A stretch of 64,000 nucleotides of DNA from Verrucomicrobia bacterium UBA6982 (GCA_002448475.1 DJYI01000049.1:5475-69474), one strand, 5' to 3'. Shown: positions 33,717 to 42,978, numbered from the stretch's first letter. Translations and numbers: made by a program. The notes: generated from the letters alone by a model not told the origin.

Positions 33717-34862
33717 CTACCGATCGCAATGGAGTTCGCGTGAAAAAACGGCAAGGGCGGCCGGGCGGCGGCGCCGCGGGGACGCGATGGAGGCGCGCTC
33801 GACGAGCGCGACGGGGACGGCGATGTGCAGGTCGTCTCCGTCCGGGTGGTCGGAGGTCTTCCCCGTCGCCTTCCCGAGTTCGGCGGCGAGGGCGGCGAGG
33901 GCGCGGCGGCCCATTTCGGAAAAGTCCTGCCGGACGGTCGTGAGGGCCGGCGAGGACCATTCGGCGATGGGGTCGTCGTCGAAGCCCGTGACGCTCACGT
34001 CGCGCGGGACGGCGAGCCCGGCGTCGGAGAAGGCGCGGATCGCGTGGAGCGCCACGGCGTCGCAACTGCACGCGAGCGCCGTCGGGCGCGGACGCATGCG
34101 GAGCATCTCCGCGATGCGCTCGCGGATGACCGGCTCCCAGTTGGCGAAGCGCTGGCCGGGGATGTTGAAGACAACGGGCGGCGGCACGAGCGCGGCGGCG
34201 CAGGCGTCGGCCACGCCCTGCGCGCGCTCCGCCGTCGTGTCCGCCGCGAGGTCCCCCAGGAACGCGAGGCGGCGGTGCCCGGCGGCGAGCAGCGCCTCGG
34301 CCGCGAGCCGCCCGCCCGCGCGGTTGTCCGACGAAACGGACGCGCCCGGCAGGTCGGCGAGAGTCTGATCTACGACTACGAACGGGAATTCTGCCTCTGC
34401 CAGCGCCTTGAGCGCGCTGTCGAACGCGGAATCGTGCTGGGACATGACAATCGCACCTGCGGCACCGGAGGTTGGCAACTCAAGAATCGCCGTGACGACG
34501 ACGTCCAGGTCGCCGCGACCGTCGAAGACCGAAACATCCAAACCTTCCGCAGCCGCGCCTTCCTGCACCGCGTGCGCCACGCGCACTGCTGGCGCCCAGA
34601 GCAGGTTGCCGGCAATGAAGCGCACCGTGCGCGCCGTCCCCCTTTCGTCGCGGACGAACACGCCGCGCCCGGCACGACGTTCGACGAGACCTTCGTTCAG
34701 GAGTGACTGCACCGCCCGACGGGCTGTCATGCGCGAGACGCCGTTCTCCTCCGCGAACTTCACCTCGGTGCCAAGCCATGAGCCAGGCGGCAGGTGCTGT
34801 TCCTCTATGAGCCCGCGGAGTCGGGCGGCCAGTCTGGCGTATGGTGGAAGATGCTTTCTCAT
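33717..34862 (-). CDS. AraR-like regulator: N-terminal GntR-family winged helix-turn-helix plus C-terminal LacI/PBP-type sugar-binding domain.
   Basis: N-terminal ...KFAEENGVSRMTARRAVQSLLNEGLVERRAGRGVFV (GntR helix-turn-helix). C-terminal PBP type-1 fold blocks. Divergent from the GRE operon. Confidence 0.7.
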   Translation of the reverse strand: MRKHLPPYARLAARLRGLIEEQHLPPGSWLGTEVKFAEENGVSRMTARRAVQSLLNEGLVERRAGRGVFVRDERGTARTVRFIAGNLLWAPAVRVAHAVQEGAAAEGLDVSVFDGRGDLDVVVTAILELPTSGAAGAIVMSQHDSAFDSALKALAEAEFPFVVVDQTLADLPGASVSSDNRAGGRLAAEALLAAGHRRLAFLGDLAADTTAERAQGVADACAAALVPPPVVFNIPGQRFANWEPVIRERIAEMLRMRPRPTALACSCDAVALHAIRAFSDAGLAVPRDVSVTGFDDDPIAEWSSPALTTVRQDFSEMGRRALAALAAELGKATGKTSDHPDGDDLHIAVPVALVERASIASPRRRRPAALAVFSRELHCDR

Positions 34863-35216
34863 TTAAAGCGGCCCTTAGGACCTTTGATCACGGACTCGTC
34901 GCAGAAGTCAGCGCCGGCTTCCGTGAATCGTCGCGGTGTCGCGTGACGGGAGGCAGAATAAGCATCCCCCCGAGTAAAGTCAACAAAAATTTATACATGT
35001 ATCAGTTCTCGCCCGCAAAAACATGCAGGCGAAAGCGTCGCGAACGGCGAGAGAGGCCGTTCCAGATCAAACGGCTTCGCGTGGCGGAGCCACTGCAAGT
35101 CCAGTGCGCCTTCGCAAAAATCGCGTTTTTATTTTTCGCACAAGTCACGATGCGGAGCGCGGGGAGTCGGATAATCTTCCGCGTTTGAAATTCCGGAATC
35201 CGAAATTCGCGACGAC

Positions 35217-37508
35217 ATGGCAACCGACGAATCGAACTATCCAGCGCGCATGGCGCGCCTCACCGCGCGCAAGATCGAACAGACGAAGGCGAAACTCGCC
35301 GCGCTCGGCACGCGCGACGAGGACGACTACGGGCTCGTCCTGCCCCCGGCGTCGTTCAAGGTCGAGCTTCCGGCACGCGACGCGACGGGCCAATGGTCCG
35401 GCCCGCGCGCCTGGGCCGCGAACTTCCGCTGGCTCATGGAGAACCACCCGTGCTACATCGACCCAGACGACGCCATCGCCGGGCGCTGGATGTTCATGCT
35501 TTCCCGAATGCGCCTCGGATACCAGCTTTCGCGCTCCAACTTCGCCTTCGACTACTCGCATCTGGAGCCGGAGCAGAAAAAATACGACATCACGCCGGGC
35601 ATCGGCAAGGACGCCCATTTCGCCCCGGACTACCAGATCGGCCTCGACCTCGGCTGGGGCGGGCTGCTCGCGAAGGTGCGAGCTTCGCGGCGAACGATCG
35701 CCGCCAAGCCAGTGTTCACAAATGACAATCGTTCGCAAGTCTCAAATGGCACAAATGTCAATATTGAACCCAAAATCGCCGGCAGTTCGTCCGTCCTGAC
35801 GCAAGGGCGAGCGCAAAGCGCCGCGCTTGCGGATTCCGCCTACGCGCTTGAACTCCTCGACTCCGAAGAGCAGGCGATCCTCGGCGTGCAGACCTGGATC
35901 CGGCATCTAGCCGCGGCGGCGGACGATCGCGCGATGTCGGAGGACGACCCCGCGCGCCGCGCCAACCTTGAAGAGACGGCACGCACGTGCTACGCGATCG
36001 TGGACGCCCCGCCCCGCACCTTCCGCGAGGCGGTGCAGTGGATCGCGGTCTTCAACATGGCCTCGCGCACCTACAACCGCGACGGCGCCGGCGGGCAGCT
36101 CGACGAGCTGCTGCGCCCCTACTACGAGCGCGACAAGGCCGCGGGACTTCTCACCGACGAAGACGCGGAGTTTCTCGTCTTCTGCCTCCTGCTCAACGAC
36201 CCGCACTACTACCAGATCGGCGGACCGGACGCGGATGGCCGCGACCAAACGTCGCCTCTCTCATACCTCATCCTCGAAGCGGCCGGCAAGCTCAAGGCGT
36301 CGTGCAACCTCACGATCCGCGTCTGGGACGGCATGGACCGCCGTCTTTTCCGGCGCGGCGTGGAGATACTTCTCGCCAACCGGCAGGGCTGTCCGCGCTT
36401 TTCCGGCGACAAGGCGCTCGTCGAGGGCTTCATGCGCAGCGGCTACTCCGCCGAGCTCGCGCGCCGCCGCATCGCCGTCGGCTGCAACTGGATGAGCCTT
36501 CCCGGGCTCGAATACACGCTCAACGACGTCGTGAAGATCAACGTCGCCAAGGTCTTCGAGGTCGCGTTCGCCGAGACGGAGCGTCCGGAGGATCTCGAGA
36601 AAAACTACGTCCGGCACTTCCGCGCCGCAGTGGACGTCACCGCGCGCGGCATCGACTTCCATCTCGCGCACCAGTATCTTAACGAGCCTGAGCTGATGCT
36701 CAACCTCCTCTCGCACGGCCCGATCGAAAAGGGCATGGACGTTTCGCACGGCGGAGCGACCTACTACAACATGGCGATCGACGGCGCGGGGCTGGCCGTG
36801 GTGGCGGACAGCTTCGGCGCGATCGAGGAGCGGGTCGTGAAGGAGAAGGCGCTTTCGTTCGCCGCGCTCAAGGCCGCCGTCGCCGCCAACTTCGAAGGCG
36901 AGGAGGGGGCACGCATCCGGGCGCTCGTCCAGGGCGCGGGCCGATACGGAGCGGGCGGCACCGCCGCAGACCGCTGGGCGGTGCGCCTTACGGAAATCCT
37001 CCGCGCCGAAGTCGCCGGCCGCACGACCCCGAACGGCTTCAAGCTCATCCCGGGCTGGTTCTCGTGGGCGGACACCATCCGCTTCGGCAAAGCCGTTGGC
37101 GCCACGCCGAACGGCCGCCTCGCCGGGGAGCCGATTTCGCACGGCGCCAACCCGCTGCCGGGCTTCCGCAAGGACGGCGCGCTCACGGCCATGGCCGCCG
37201 CCATCGCCTCCGTGCAACCGGGCTACGGCAACACCGCGCCATGGCAGCTGGAAGTGGACATCGGGCTGGCAAACGACCCGGACGCGGCCGAGAAGGTCAT
37301 GGCGCTCATCGAGGGGCACTTCGCGCTCGGAGGGACGCTCGTCAACATCAACGTCGTCGACGCGAAGAAAATCCTCGAAGCGCACAGGGATCCGTCCAAG
37401 CACCCGGACCTCGTCGTGCGCGTGACGGGCTTCACGGCCTACTTCAACTCCCTGTCGCCCGCGTTCCGGCAGCTCGTCGTGGACAGGCTCATCCGGGAAG
37501 CCGTTTGA
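35217..37508 (+). CDS. Glycyl radical enzyme of the PFL2/glycerol-dehydratase (DhaB1) family; the substrate is unknown.
   Basis: C-terminal glycyl radical motif VVRVTGFTAYFNSL. Catalytic-loop Cys block IAVGCNWMSLPG. Alignable to DhaB1 blocks (IRVWDG...; FGKAVGATPNGRLAGEPISHGANP). 763 aa. Confidence 0.85.
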   Translation: MATDESNYPARMARLTARKIEQTKAKLAALGTRDEDDYGLVLPPASFKVELPARDATGQWSGPRAWAANFRWLMENHPCYIDPDDAIAGRWMFMLSRMRLGYQLSRSNFAFDYSHLEPEQKKYDITPGIGKDAHFAPDYQIGLDLGWGGLLAKVRASRRTIAAKPVFTNDNRSQVSNGTNVNIEPKIAGSSSVLTQGRAQSAALADSAYALELLDSEEQAILGVQTWIRHLAAAADDRAMSEDDPARRANLEETARTCYAIVDAPPRTFREAVQWIAVFNMASRTYNRDGAGGQLDELLRPYYERDKAAGLLTDEDAEFLVFCLLLNDPHYYQIGGPDADGRDQTSPLSYLILEAAGKLKASCNLTIRVWDGMDRRLFRRGVEILLANRQGCPRFSGDKALVEGFMRSGYSAELARRRIAVGCNWMSLPGLEYTLNDVVKINVAKVFEVAFAETERPEDLEKNYVRHFRAAVDVTARGIDFHLAHQYLNEPELMLNLLSHGPIEKGMDVSHGGATYYNMAIDGAGLAVVADSFGAIEERVVKEKALSFAALKAAVAANFEGEEGARIRALVQGAGRYGAGGTAADRWAVRLTEILRAEVAGRTTPNGFKLIPGWFSWADTIRFGKAVGATPNGRLAGEPISHGANPLPGFRKDGALTAMAAAIASVQPGYGNTAPWQLEVDIGLANDPDAAEKVMALIEGHFALGGTLVNINVVDAKKILEAHRDPSKHPDLVVRVTGFTAYFNSLSPAFRQLVVDRLIREAV
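35712..35770. repeat. Solo TGTTCACAAAT-family element remnant inserted in frame in the GRE gene.
   Basis: GTGTTCACAAATGACAATCGTTCGCAAGTCTCAAATGGCACAAATGTCAATATTGAAC. It matches the TIR motif of the elements at 8626 and 10876 and encodes ...PVFTNDNRSQVSNGTNVNIEP.... Confidence 0.55.
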
Positions 37509-37532
37509 CCGTTTGACCGTTTGACCGTTTTG
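37501..37532. repeat. Tandem octamer CCGTTTGA, about 3.5 copies, in the GRE-activase spacer.
   Basis: ccgtttgaccgtttgaccgtttgaccgttttgaatg. The array overlaps the GRE stop codon. Confidence 0.7.
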
Positions 37533-38318
37533 AATGTTCGGGCAAGGAACGTGGATAATCCACAGGGAATAAGAGGCGTCGTCTTCGACATCAAGCGGGG
37601 AGTCGCGAAAGACGGACCAGGACTGCGCACGAGCGTGTTTCTGAAGGGGTGCCCGCTGCGCTGCCGCTGGTGCCACAACCCGGAATCCCAGGAATTCGAG
37701 CCGGAGCGCGCCGTCACGACCGGGGAACTCTGCGGAATGGAAACCACGGTCGAAACGGTCATGGAAGAAGTCCGCAGAGACAAGGTCTTCTACGCGGCGT
37801 CCGGTGGCGGGCTCACCATCACCGGCGGCGAACCGCTCGCGCAGCCTGCCTTTACCACCGCACTCGCGGCGGCGGCGCTCGCCGAAGGCATCGGCGTCGC
37901 AATCGACACGAGCGGCTTCGCGCCATGGAGCGTGTTCGAGGCGGTGCTGGCCGCCGCAGACGCAGTAGCCCGGACTGAGCAGGATTCTCCCCATGCGGCA
38001 GACGGCACCGTTCGCAGCAAACTTCTTTTCCTTTACGACCTCAAATGCATGGATGGTGCAAGGCATAAGGTACTCACGGGCGTTGATAATGCACGAATTC
38101 TCGACAATCTCCGTCGTCTCGATGCCGCTGGCGCTCGCATCTGGATCCGCTGCCCCGTCGTGCCTGGACTCAACGACTCGGACACAGACCTCGCGGCAAT
38201 TCGGGCGTTCGTCGCCCAGCTTCGCCACGTCGAGCGAATCGACTGGCTCCCATATCACCCCCTTGGAGTGGAAAAATACGCCAAGTTCGGAAAACCTGTG
38301 CCGCCAGGCCTCCCCTGA
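37521..38318 (+). CDS. Glycyl-radical enzyme activating enzyme (radical SAM).
   Basis: CPLRCRWCHNPES contains the CxxxCxxC radical-SAM cluster motif. 265 aa, immediately downstream of the GRE. Confidence 0.85.
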   Translation: MTVLNVRARNVDNPQGIRGVVFDIKRGVAKDGPGLRTSVFLKGCPLRCRWCHNPESQEFEPERAVTTGELCGMETTVETVMEEVRRDKVFYAASGGGLTITGGEPLAQPAFTTALAAAALAEGIGVAIDTSGFAPWSVFEAVLAAADAVARTEQDSPHAADGTVRSKLLFLYDLKCMDGARHKVLTGVDNARILDNLRRLDAAGARIWIRCPVVPGLNDSDTDLAAIRAFVAQLRHVERIDWLPYHPLGVEKYAKFGKPVPPGLP

Positions 38319-38402
38319 CAGCCATTGTGGCAAGCCGGAGCGGAAGCGGGCCGGTTGGCATTTGTCCTGAAAGGGGCGCTTAACAGTTCCTTCGACGTGC
38401 CC

Positions 38403-39182
38403 TTACTTTTCGGCGTAGCGCACGGGGGAAACCGAGCGGCAGCGCCTGGAGTCTGGATCAATGTCGAAAATTGCGCCGCAGAGAGCTGCCGGCCCCTTTG
38501 CTATCTCGTATTTCTGAGGCATGCCGGTGATGAACTTCCTTTCGACGGCGGCGATCTCCCGGCCAATCACGGAATCCACGGGCCCCGTCATTCCGAGGTC
38601 AGTCAGATAGCCGGTTCCACCGGGCAGCACAGTCGCGTCGGCGGTCTGGACATGGGTGTGAGTGCCGAACACCGCCGAGACGCGTCCGTCAAGGTGCCTC
38701 CCGAGGCAAATCTTTTCGCTTGTTGCCTCCGCGTGGATGTCCACGACAATCGGCACGTCCCGAGGAACGGGGCCGGAAAGAAGGGCGTCAAGCGCCGCGA
38801 ACGGATCGTCCACCGGATTCATGAACACGCGCCCGAGAGCGCAGGCCACGACTAGGCGCCCAACCGGGGTCTGGACGAGAGTCCAGGCGCGTCCCGGGCA
38901 TGAGGACGGATAGTTGGCCGGGCGGACGACACGCCTGTCGGAGGAAATCCACGCCGCAGTTTCCTTCTGGTCCCACGTGTGATCGCCGAGCGTGATGGCG
39001 TCGGCGCCAGCGGCGTAGAGTTCCTCGGCAATCGCGGCAGTGCATCCGCGTCCGCCTGCGGCGTTCTCTGCGTTGACAACCACGGCATTGACTTCGCCGC
39101 TGGTTCGCAGTCCTGCGACGACTGATTTGAAGACACGCCGCCCGGGTTCCCCGACAACGTCTCCGACGCAGAGGACTTTCAT
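38403..39182 (-). CDS. YmdB-like metallophosphoesterase (TIGR00282 family).
   Basis: MKVLCVGDVVGEPGR....VVNAENAAGGRG...ITLGDHTWD resembles the YmdB N-terminus. The start was trimmed to 39182. Confidence 0.8.
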   Translation of the reverse strand: MKVLCVGDVVGEPGRRVFKSVVAGLRTSGEVNAVVVNAENAAGGRGCTAAIAEELYAAGADAITLGDHTWDQKETAAWISSDRRVVRPANYPSSCPGRAWTLVQTPVGRLVVACALGRVFMNPVDDPFAALDALLSGPVPRDVPIVVDIHAEATSEKICLGRHLDGRVSAVFGTHTHVQTADATVLPGGTGYLTDLGMTGPVDSVIGREIAAVERKFITGMPQKYEIAKGPAALCGAIFDIDPDSRRCRSVSPVRYAEK

Positions 39183-40461
39183 TTGCGCTTGCCGCGGTAG
39201 ATGACGTCGTTGCGGCCTGGCCCCGTGGAGAAAAACGTGATCGGGACGCCGAGCATCTTTTCGATCCAGAGCACGTAGCGTTGTGCCGCCTCGGGGATGG
39301 CGTCCCAGTCGCGCGCGCCGCGTATGTCGCACTTCCAGCCTGGGAACTTTTCAACAATCGGCTTGGCATCCTCAAGCCAGGGCGTGGGCGGGAACGAATC
39401 GACGCGCTTTCCGTTGATTTCGTAGGCCACGCAGACCGGAACCTCGTCCAGATATCCGAGGGCGTCAACGAGCGTGAGCGCGATCTCCGTCGCTCCCTGC
39501 ATCTCGCATCCGTAGCGCGTTGCCACGAGGTCGAACCATCCGACGCGCCGGGGACGCCCCGTCGTGGCGCCGTATTCGCCCTTGTCGCCGCCGCGGCGGC
39601 GAAGCTCCTCGGCCTCGTCGCCGAATATCTCCGAAACGAACGGACCTGCGCCCACGGCGCTGGAATACGCCTTCACGACTGTCACGACGTCCGTGATCGC
39701 GTAAGGCGGGATGCCGGCGCCGATGGAGGCGTATCCGGCAAGCGGCGACGAGCTCGTCACCATCGGGTAGATTCCGTGGTCGGGATCCTTGAGAGTGCCG
39801 AGCTGCCCCTCAAGCAGGATGTTTTTCCCTTCCCGGATGGCGTCGTGGAGCAGCTTGTTCGTGTCCGTTGCGTAGGGGCGGACGATCTCCGCCAGTTCCG
39901 CCAGTTCCGCCTCCACGGCGGCCGGATCGAGCGGCGGCCTGCCGTAAACGCCGACGAGCAGCGGGTTTTTCCGGTCGCAGAAGAGCTTTATGCGGTCCTT
40001 CATGCGCGGCAGGTGGAAGAGCTCGCACACCTGAAAGCCGATCTTCGAGAACTTGTCCGCGTAGAAGGGGGCTATGCCGCTTCTGGTCGAGCCGAACGAC
40101 GCCTTGCCCAGTCGAATCTCCTCAAGCGCGTCAAGTTCCTTGTGAACGTCGAGGAGAACCTGCGCCCTGTATGAAACGGCGATGCGCGGATCGATTCCGG
40201 CGGAGTGAAGATCGTCCAGCTCCTTTTTGAACGCGCGCACGTTGAGCGCGACTCCCGGCCCGATGACGTTGAGAGTTCTCGGATTGAAGCACCCGGAAGG
40301 GAGCAGATGCAGGGCGAAGCGCCCCTTGTCGTTTATGATGGTGTGACCCGCGTTTGCGCCGCCCTGAAACCGGACGACCACGTCCGCGTCGCGGGCCAGC
40401 AGGTCCGTCATTTTGCCCTTGCCTTCGTCGCCCCAGTTGGCGCCAACGATCGCCGTTGCCA
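39179..40461 (-). CDS. purA: Adenylosuccinate synthetase.
   Basis: GANWGDEGKGK P-loop, GGANAGHT, TTGRPRR, and so on. 427 aa. The ORF-track N-terminal extension to 42007 is spurious antisense. Confidence 0.9.
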
Positions 40462-40542
40462 TTTTAGTGAAACCTCCACGAAAGGAACGGCCGGGCATTC
40501 TGCCACAATCCCCGTCCAAAAGCAAAAAACCGACTTGTTGAT

Positions 40543-40571
40543 TCCGGGTCCGTTTTCGCGTAGAATCCGGG
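40543..40571 (+). promoter_or_regulatory. Putative sigma70 promoter (TTGATT, 17-bp spacer, TAGAAT) for the proteolipid-exosortase-EpsI operon.
   Basis: gacTTGTTGATTccgggtccgttttcgcgTAGAATcc. About 60 nt further downstream an RBS AGGAAG lies ahead of ATG 40634. Confidence 0.5.
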
Positions 40572-40633
40572 GCCGTCGGGTCCACAGCGGCCCGCTTAAC
40601 CGCAGTTTCGCAACAAACAGGAAGAGACAAGAA

Positions 40634-41107
40634 ATGCAATACGACACCGCTCTGTGCGTCGCAAGCGCGATCGCAGTCGTCGGCATCAGCGCCGTGGGTT
40701 CGGCAATCGGCATCGGCAAGGCGGCATGCGCCACAATCGGAGCATGGAAGAAGTGCTACGCCCAGAACAAGCCCGCGCCATACACGCTCTTCACGTTCGT
40801 CGGCGCGCCGCTCACGCAGACTCTTTACGGCATGATCCTCATGTCGATGCTGCTCAATGTGGCTTCGAAGCCGATCCCCGGAGCCGGAGTCGCCTCTCTC
40901 GTTCTGGCTCTTCTTGCCGGTTCGGGCATCTGCGCCTCGGCGATTTTCCAGGGCCAGGCCGCCGCCGCCGGTGCCGACGCCCAGGCCGAAACGGGCAAGG
41001 GCTTTACGAACTACCTCGCCGCGATCGGCGTCATCGAAACCGTCGCGATCTTCGTGATGGTGTTCGCCATCTTCGGCATTCTCCGCCTCGGCGCCGCCGC
41101 GGCGTAG
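40634..41107 (+). CDS. V-type/A-type ATPase proteolipid (K/c subunit)-like four-TM protein, an orphan with no other V-ATPase genes nearby.
   Basis: 157 aa, duplicated hairpin. Resembles NtpK: PLTQTLYGMILM (compare LPGTQGLYGFVIA) and ICASAIFQGQAAAAGADAQAETGKGF....IGVIETVAIF with a Glu in TM4 at the ion-binding position. Confidence 0.6.
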   Translation: MQYDTALCVASAIAVVGISAVGSAIGIGKAACATIGAWKKCYAQNKPAPYTLFTFVGAPLTQTLYGMILMSMLLNVASKPIPGAGVASLVLALLAGSGICASAIFQGQAAAAGADAQAETGKGFTNYLAAIGVIETVAIFVMVFAIFGILRLGAAAA

Positions 41108-41113
41108 TGATCC

Positions 41114-42061
41114 ATGTCCGGCGCCGCCTCCTTCCGGCTCCGCGCCGGCAATCCCGAAACCGTCGCGCGCAGGTGTCTTTTCCTGCTCGCGACGGTCGCG
41201 GCCTACTGCCTCTTTTCGTTCTACGGCAACGATTCGGCCAAGGAGGGCGTGTCGGTGTTCTCTTGGGTCGCCATGCACTGGCGGCTCGACGCCCATGACT
41301 TCGGCGCCATTCCCTGGACGATGCTGGCGGTGGGCGCCCTTGTGACGTGGCGCGAGCGCGGGGCCCTCGCTGCCGCTCCCGTTTCGCCCTCGTGGCGGGG
41401 CGTGGCGATGGTCGCCATCGGGCTTCTTCTGCATGTGGCCGGCTATAGGTCGCAACTGGCCAGGCTGTCGCTTGCGGCGTGCGTCGCCGTGTTCTGGGGT
41501 ATTCCGTGGGCGATATGGGGCGGCGAGGTGGCGCGGCTGCTGCGCTTTCCCGCCGCGTATGCGCTGCTTTGCCTGTGCGGCTCGATTCTTGTCGATCTCA
41601 CGATGCCGCTGCGCCTGCTTTCCAGCGCCCTGGCCGCGTTTCTCCTCAAGGGGATAGGCATAGCCGCCTCGTGCGACGGCACTGTCGTCTATTCTGCGGC
41701 CGGCGGCGGATTCCAGTTCGACGTCGCGGACGCATGCTCCGGTCTTCGCTCGCTCATTACCATGACCGCCCTTGCGGCGCCGTATGCGTATTTCACGATG
41801 GGGACGACCGGCAAGAGGCTCCTTCTCTTCGCCCTTTCCGTTCCGCTCGCGATGGTTGCCAACGCCCTCCGCATCTTCACCCTCGGCGTAGTAGCGGAGT
41901 GGATCGGGATGCGTCTGGCGATGCAACTTTACCACGATCTTTCCGGATACATCGTTTTCTTCCTGTCGATCATGCTGCTTATGGCGGCCGGAACGGCAAT
42001 CAACCAAGACTGGGGGGCCAGGCTATGCTCGCTCAAGCAAAGAAGGCGCTACCGGGTCTGA
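41114..42061 (+). CDS. Exosortase (EpsH/Xrt family transpeptidase).
   Basis: Polytopic membrane protein with the catalytic-region motifs DVADACSGLRSL (Cys-Ser-Gly) and ANALRI (Asn...Arg). Confidence 0.8.
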   Translation: MSGAASFRLRAGNPETVARRCLFLLATVAAYCLFSFYGNDSAKEGVSVFSWVAMHWRLDAHDFGAIPWTMLAVGALVTWRERGALAAAPVSPSWRGVAMVAIGLLLHVAGYRSQLARLSLAACVAVFWGIPWAIWGGEVARLLRFPAAYALLCLCGSILVDLTMPLRLLSSALAAFLLKGIGIAASCDGTVVYSAAGGGFQFDVADACSGLRSLITMTALAAPYAYFTMGTTGKRLLLFALSVPLAMVANALRIFTLGVVAEWIGMRLAMQLYHDLSGYIVFFLSIMLLMAAGTAINQDWGARLCSLKQRRRYRV

Positions 42062-42945
42062 CGGCGCTGGCGCTTGTCCTTGCCACCATTGCGGCCCTGT
42101 CCGGCGACAGGGTGATATATGGCGACCCAACCGGTCCCGTGCCGCTCGAAATGCCCGCGACGCTTGGGCCGTGGAGCGGCGAGAAGGTCCGTTTTTGCCA
42201 GAGCGACCAGTGCGCGGCCTCGTTTCTGGTTTCGACGCTCCCCCCCGACGCCGCCGAATGCCCGATGTGCGGCGCTCCTCTCGGCGACATTTCCGTGGGT
42301 GAAATGTCCCTTCTGCCGGAGAACACGCCGATTTTCCGCAGCGCCTACCGCCGCGCCGGGCATCCGGACGTAATGGCCACGTTCGTGTTTTCTGGCATGG
42401 AGCGCCGTTCAATCCACAAGCCCCAGCGCTGTCTTGTCGCCCAGGGTAACCGCATTACCGACGAATACACTCTCCACGTGCCGAACGACGTTTCCGACCC
42501 CGACTCGCGCATGTCGGTGCGCGTGCTGGAAATCTCGCACCCGGTGCGCGGCGCCGACGGCAAGGTGACCGGGCAGAACGCGAGCGTTTACGTTTACTGG
42601 CTTTTCAATCCGGAGCGGGAGACGGTCCATCACTGGGTGCGGCTCGGATGGATGCTTTTCGACAACGCCTTCCGCTCCTACCGTCCGCGCTGGGGATACG
42701 CCTCGATCACGATTCCCCGCGATCCAGAGTCTCCCGACGCCTGGAGGGCGGAACTGGAGGACTTCCTTCCCCGCCTGTATCCGACCGTCACGGCGCTTCG
42801 CCGCGATCTTGATTCGCGGCGCGACCGGGTGTTCAGGCTCTCAGGCCATTCCTGGGACTCCAACGTTTACGAAGGCGACAACGCGGCTCTGACGCGCCAC
42901 ATCAGGCCCGGTCCCGCCAAGCCGGCCCCCAAAAAAGAGAAATGA
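42025..42945 (+). CDS. Exosortase-associated EpsI-like protein with an N-terminal TM anchor and a Cys4 zinc-ribbon insertion.
   Basis: Overlaps the exosortase 3' end. TM segment LPGLTALALVLATIAAL. CQSDQC...CPMCG. The position and size fit EpsI-family partners of exosortases; similarity is weak, so this is inference. Confidence 0.5.
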   Translation: MLAQAKKALPGLTALALVLATIAALSGDRVIYGDPTGPVPLEMPATLGPWSGEKVRFCQSDQCAASFLVSTLPPDAAECPMCGAPLGDISVGEMSLLPENTPIFRSAYRRAGHPDVMATFVFSGMERRSIHKPQRCLVAQGNRITDEYTLHVPNDVSDPDSRMSVRVLEISHPVRGADGKVTGQNASVYVYWLFNPERETVHHWVRLGWMLFDNAFRSYRPRWGYASITIPRDPESPDAWRAELEDFLPRLYPTVTALRRDLDSRRDRVFRLSGHSWDSNVYEGDNAALTRHIRPGPAKPAPKKEK

Positions 42946-42978
42946 CGTTCCGGGCCGCCATGGCCGGGAACGTCATTT
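42940..42978. terminator. Bidirectional intrinsic terminator hairpin between convergent genes.
   Basis: AAATGACGTTCCGGGCC-gccat-GGCCGGGAACGTCATTT (16/17 bp stem), with an A-tract upstream for the reverse direction. Confidence 0.5.

Noticed and set aside
36261-38333. A 690-aa minus-strand ORF antisense to the GRE and its activase.
   Set aside because: The GRE and its radical-SAM activase on the plus strand have unambiguous motifs; this frame is an antisense artefact.
40462-42007. The ORF-track extension of purA to 942 aa.
   Set aside because: Adenylosuccinate synthetase homology begins at Met 40461 (MATAIVGANWGDEGKGK). The upstream extension is antisense to the proteolipid and exosortase genes.
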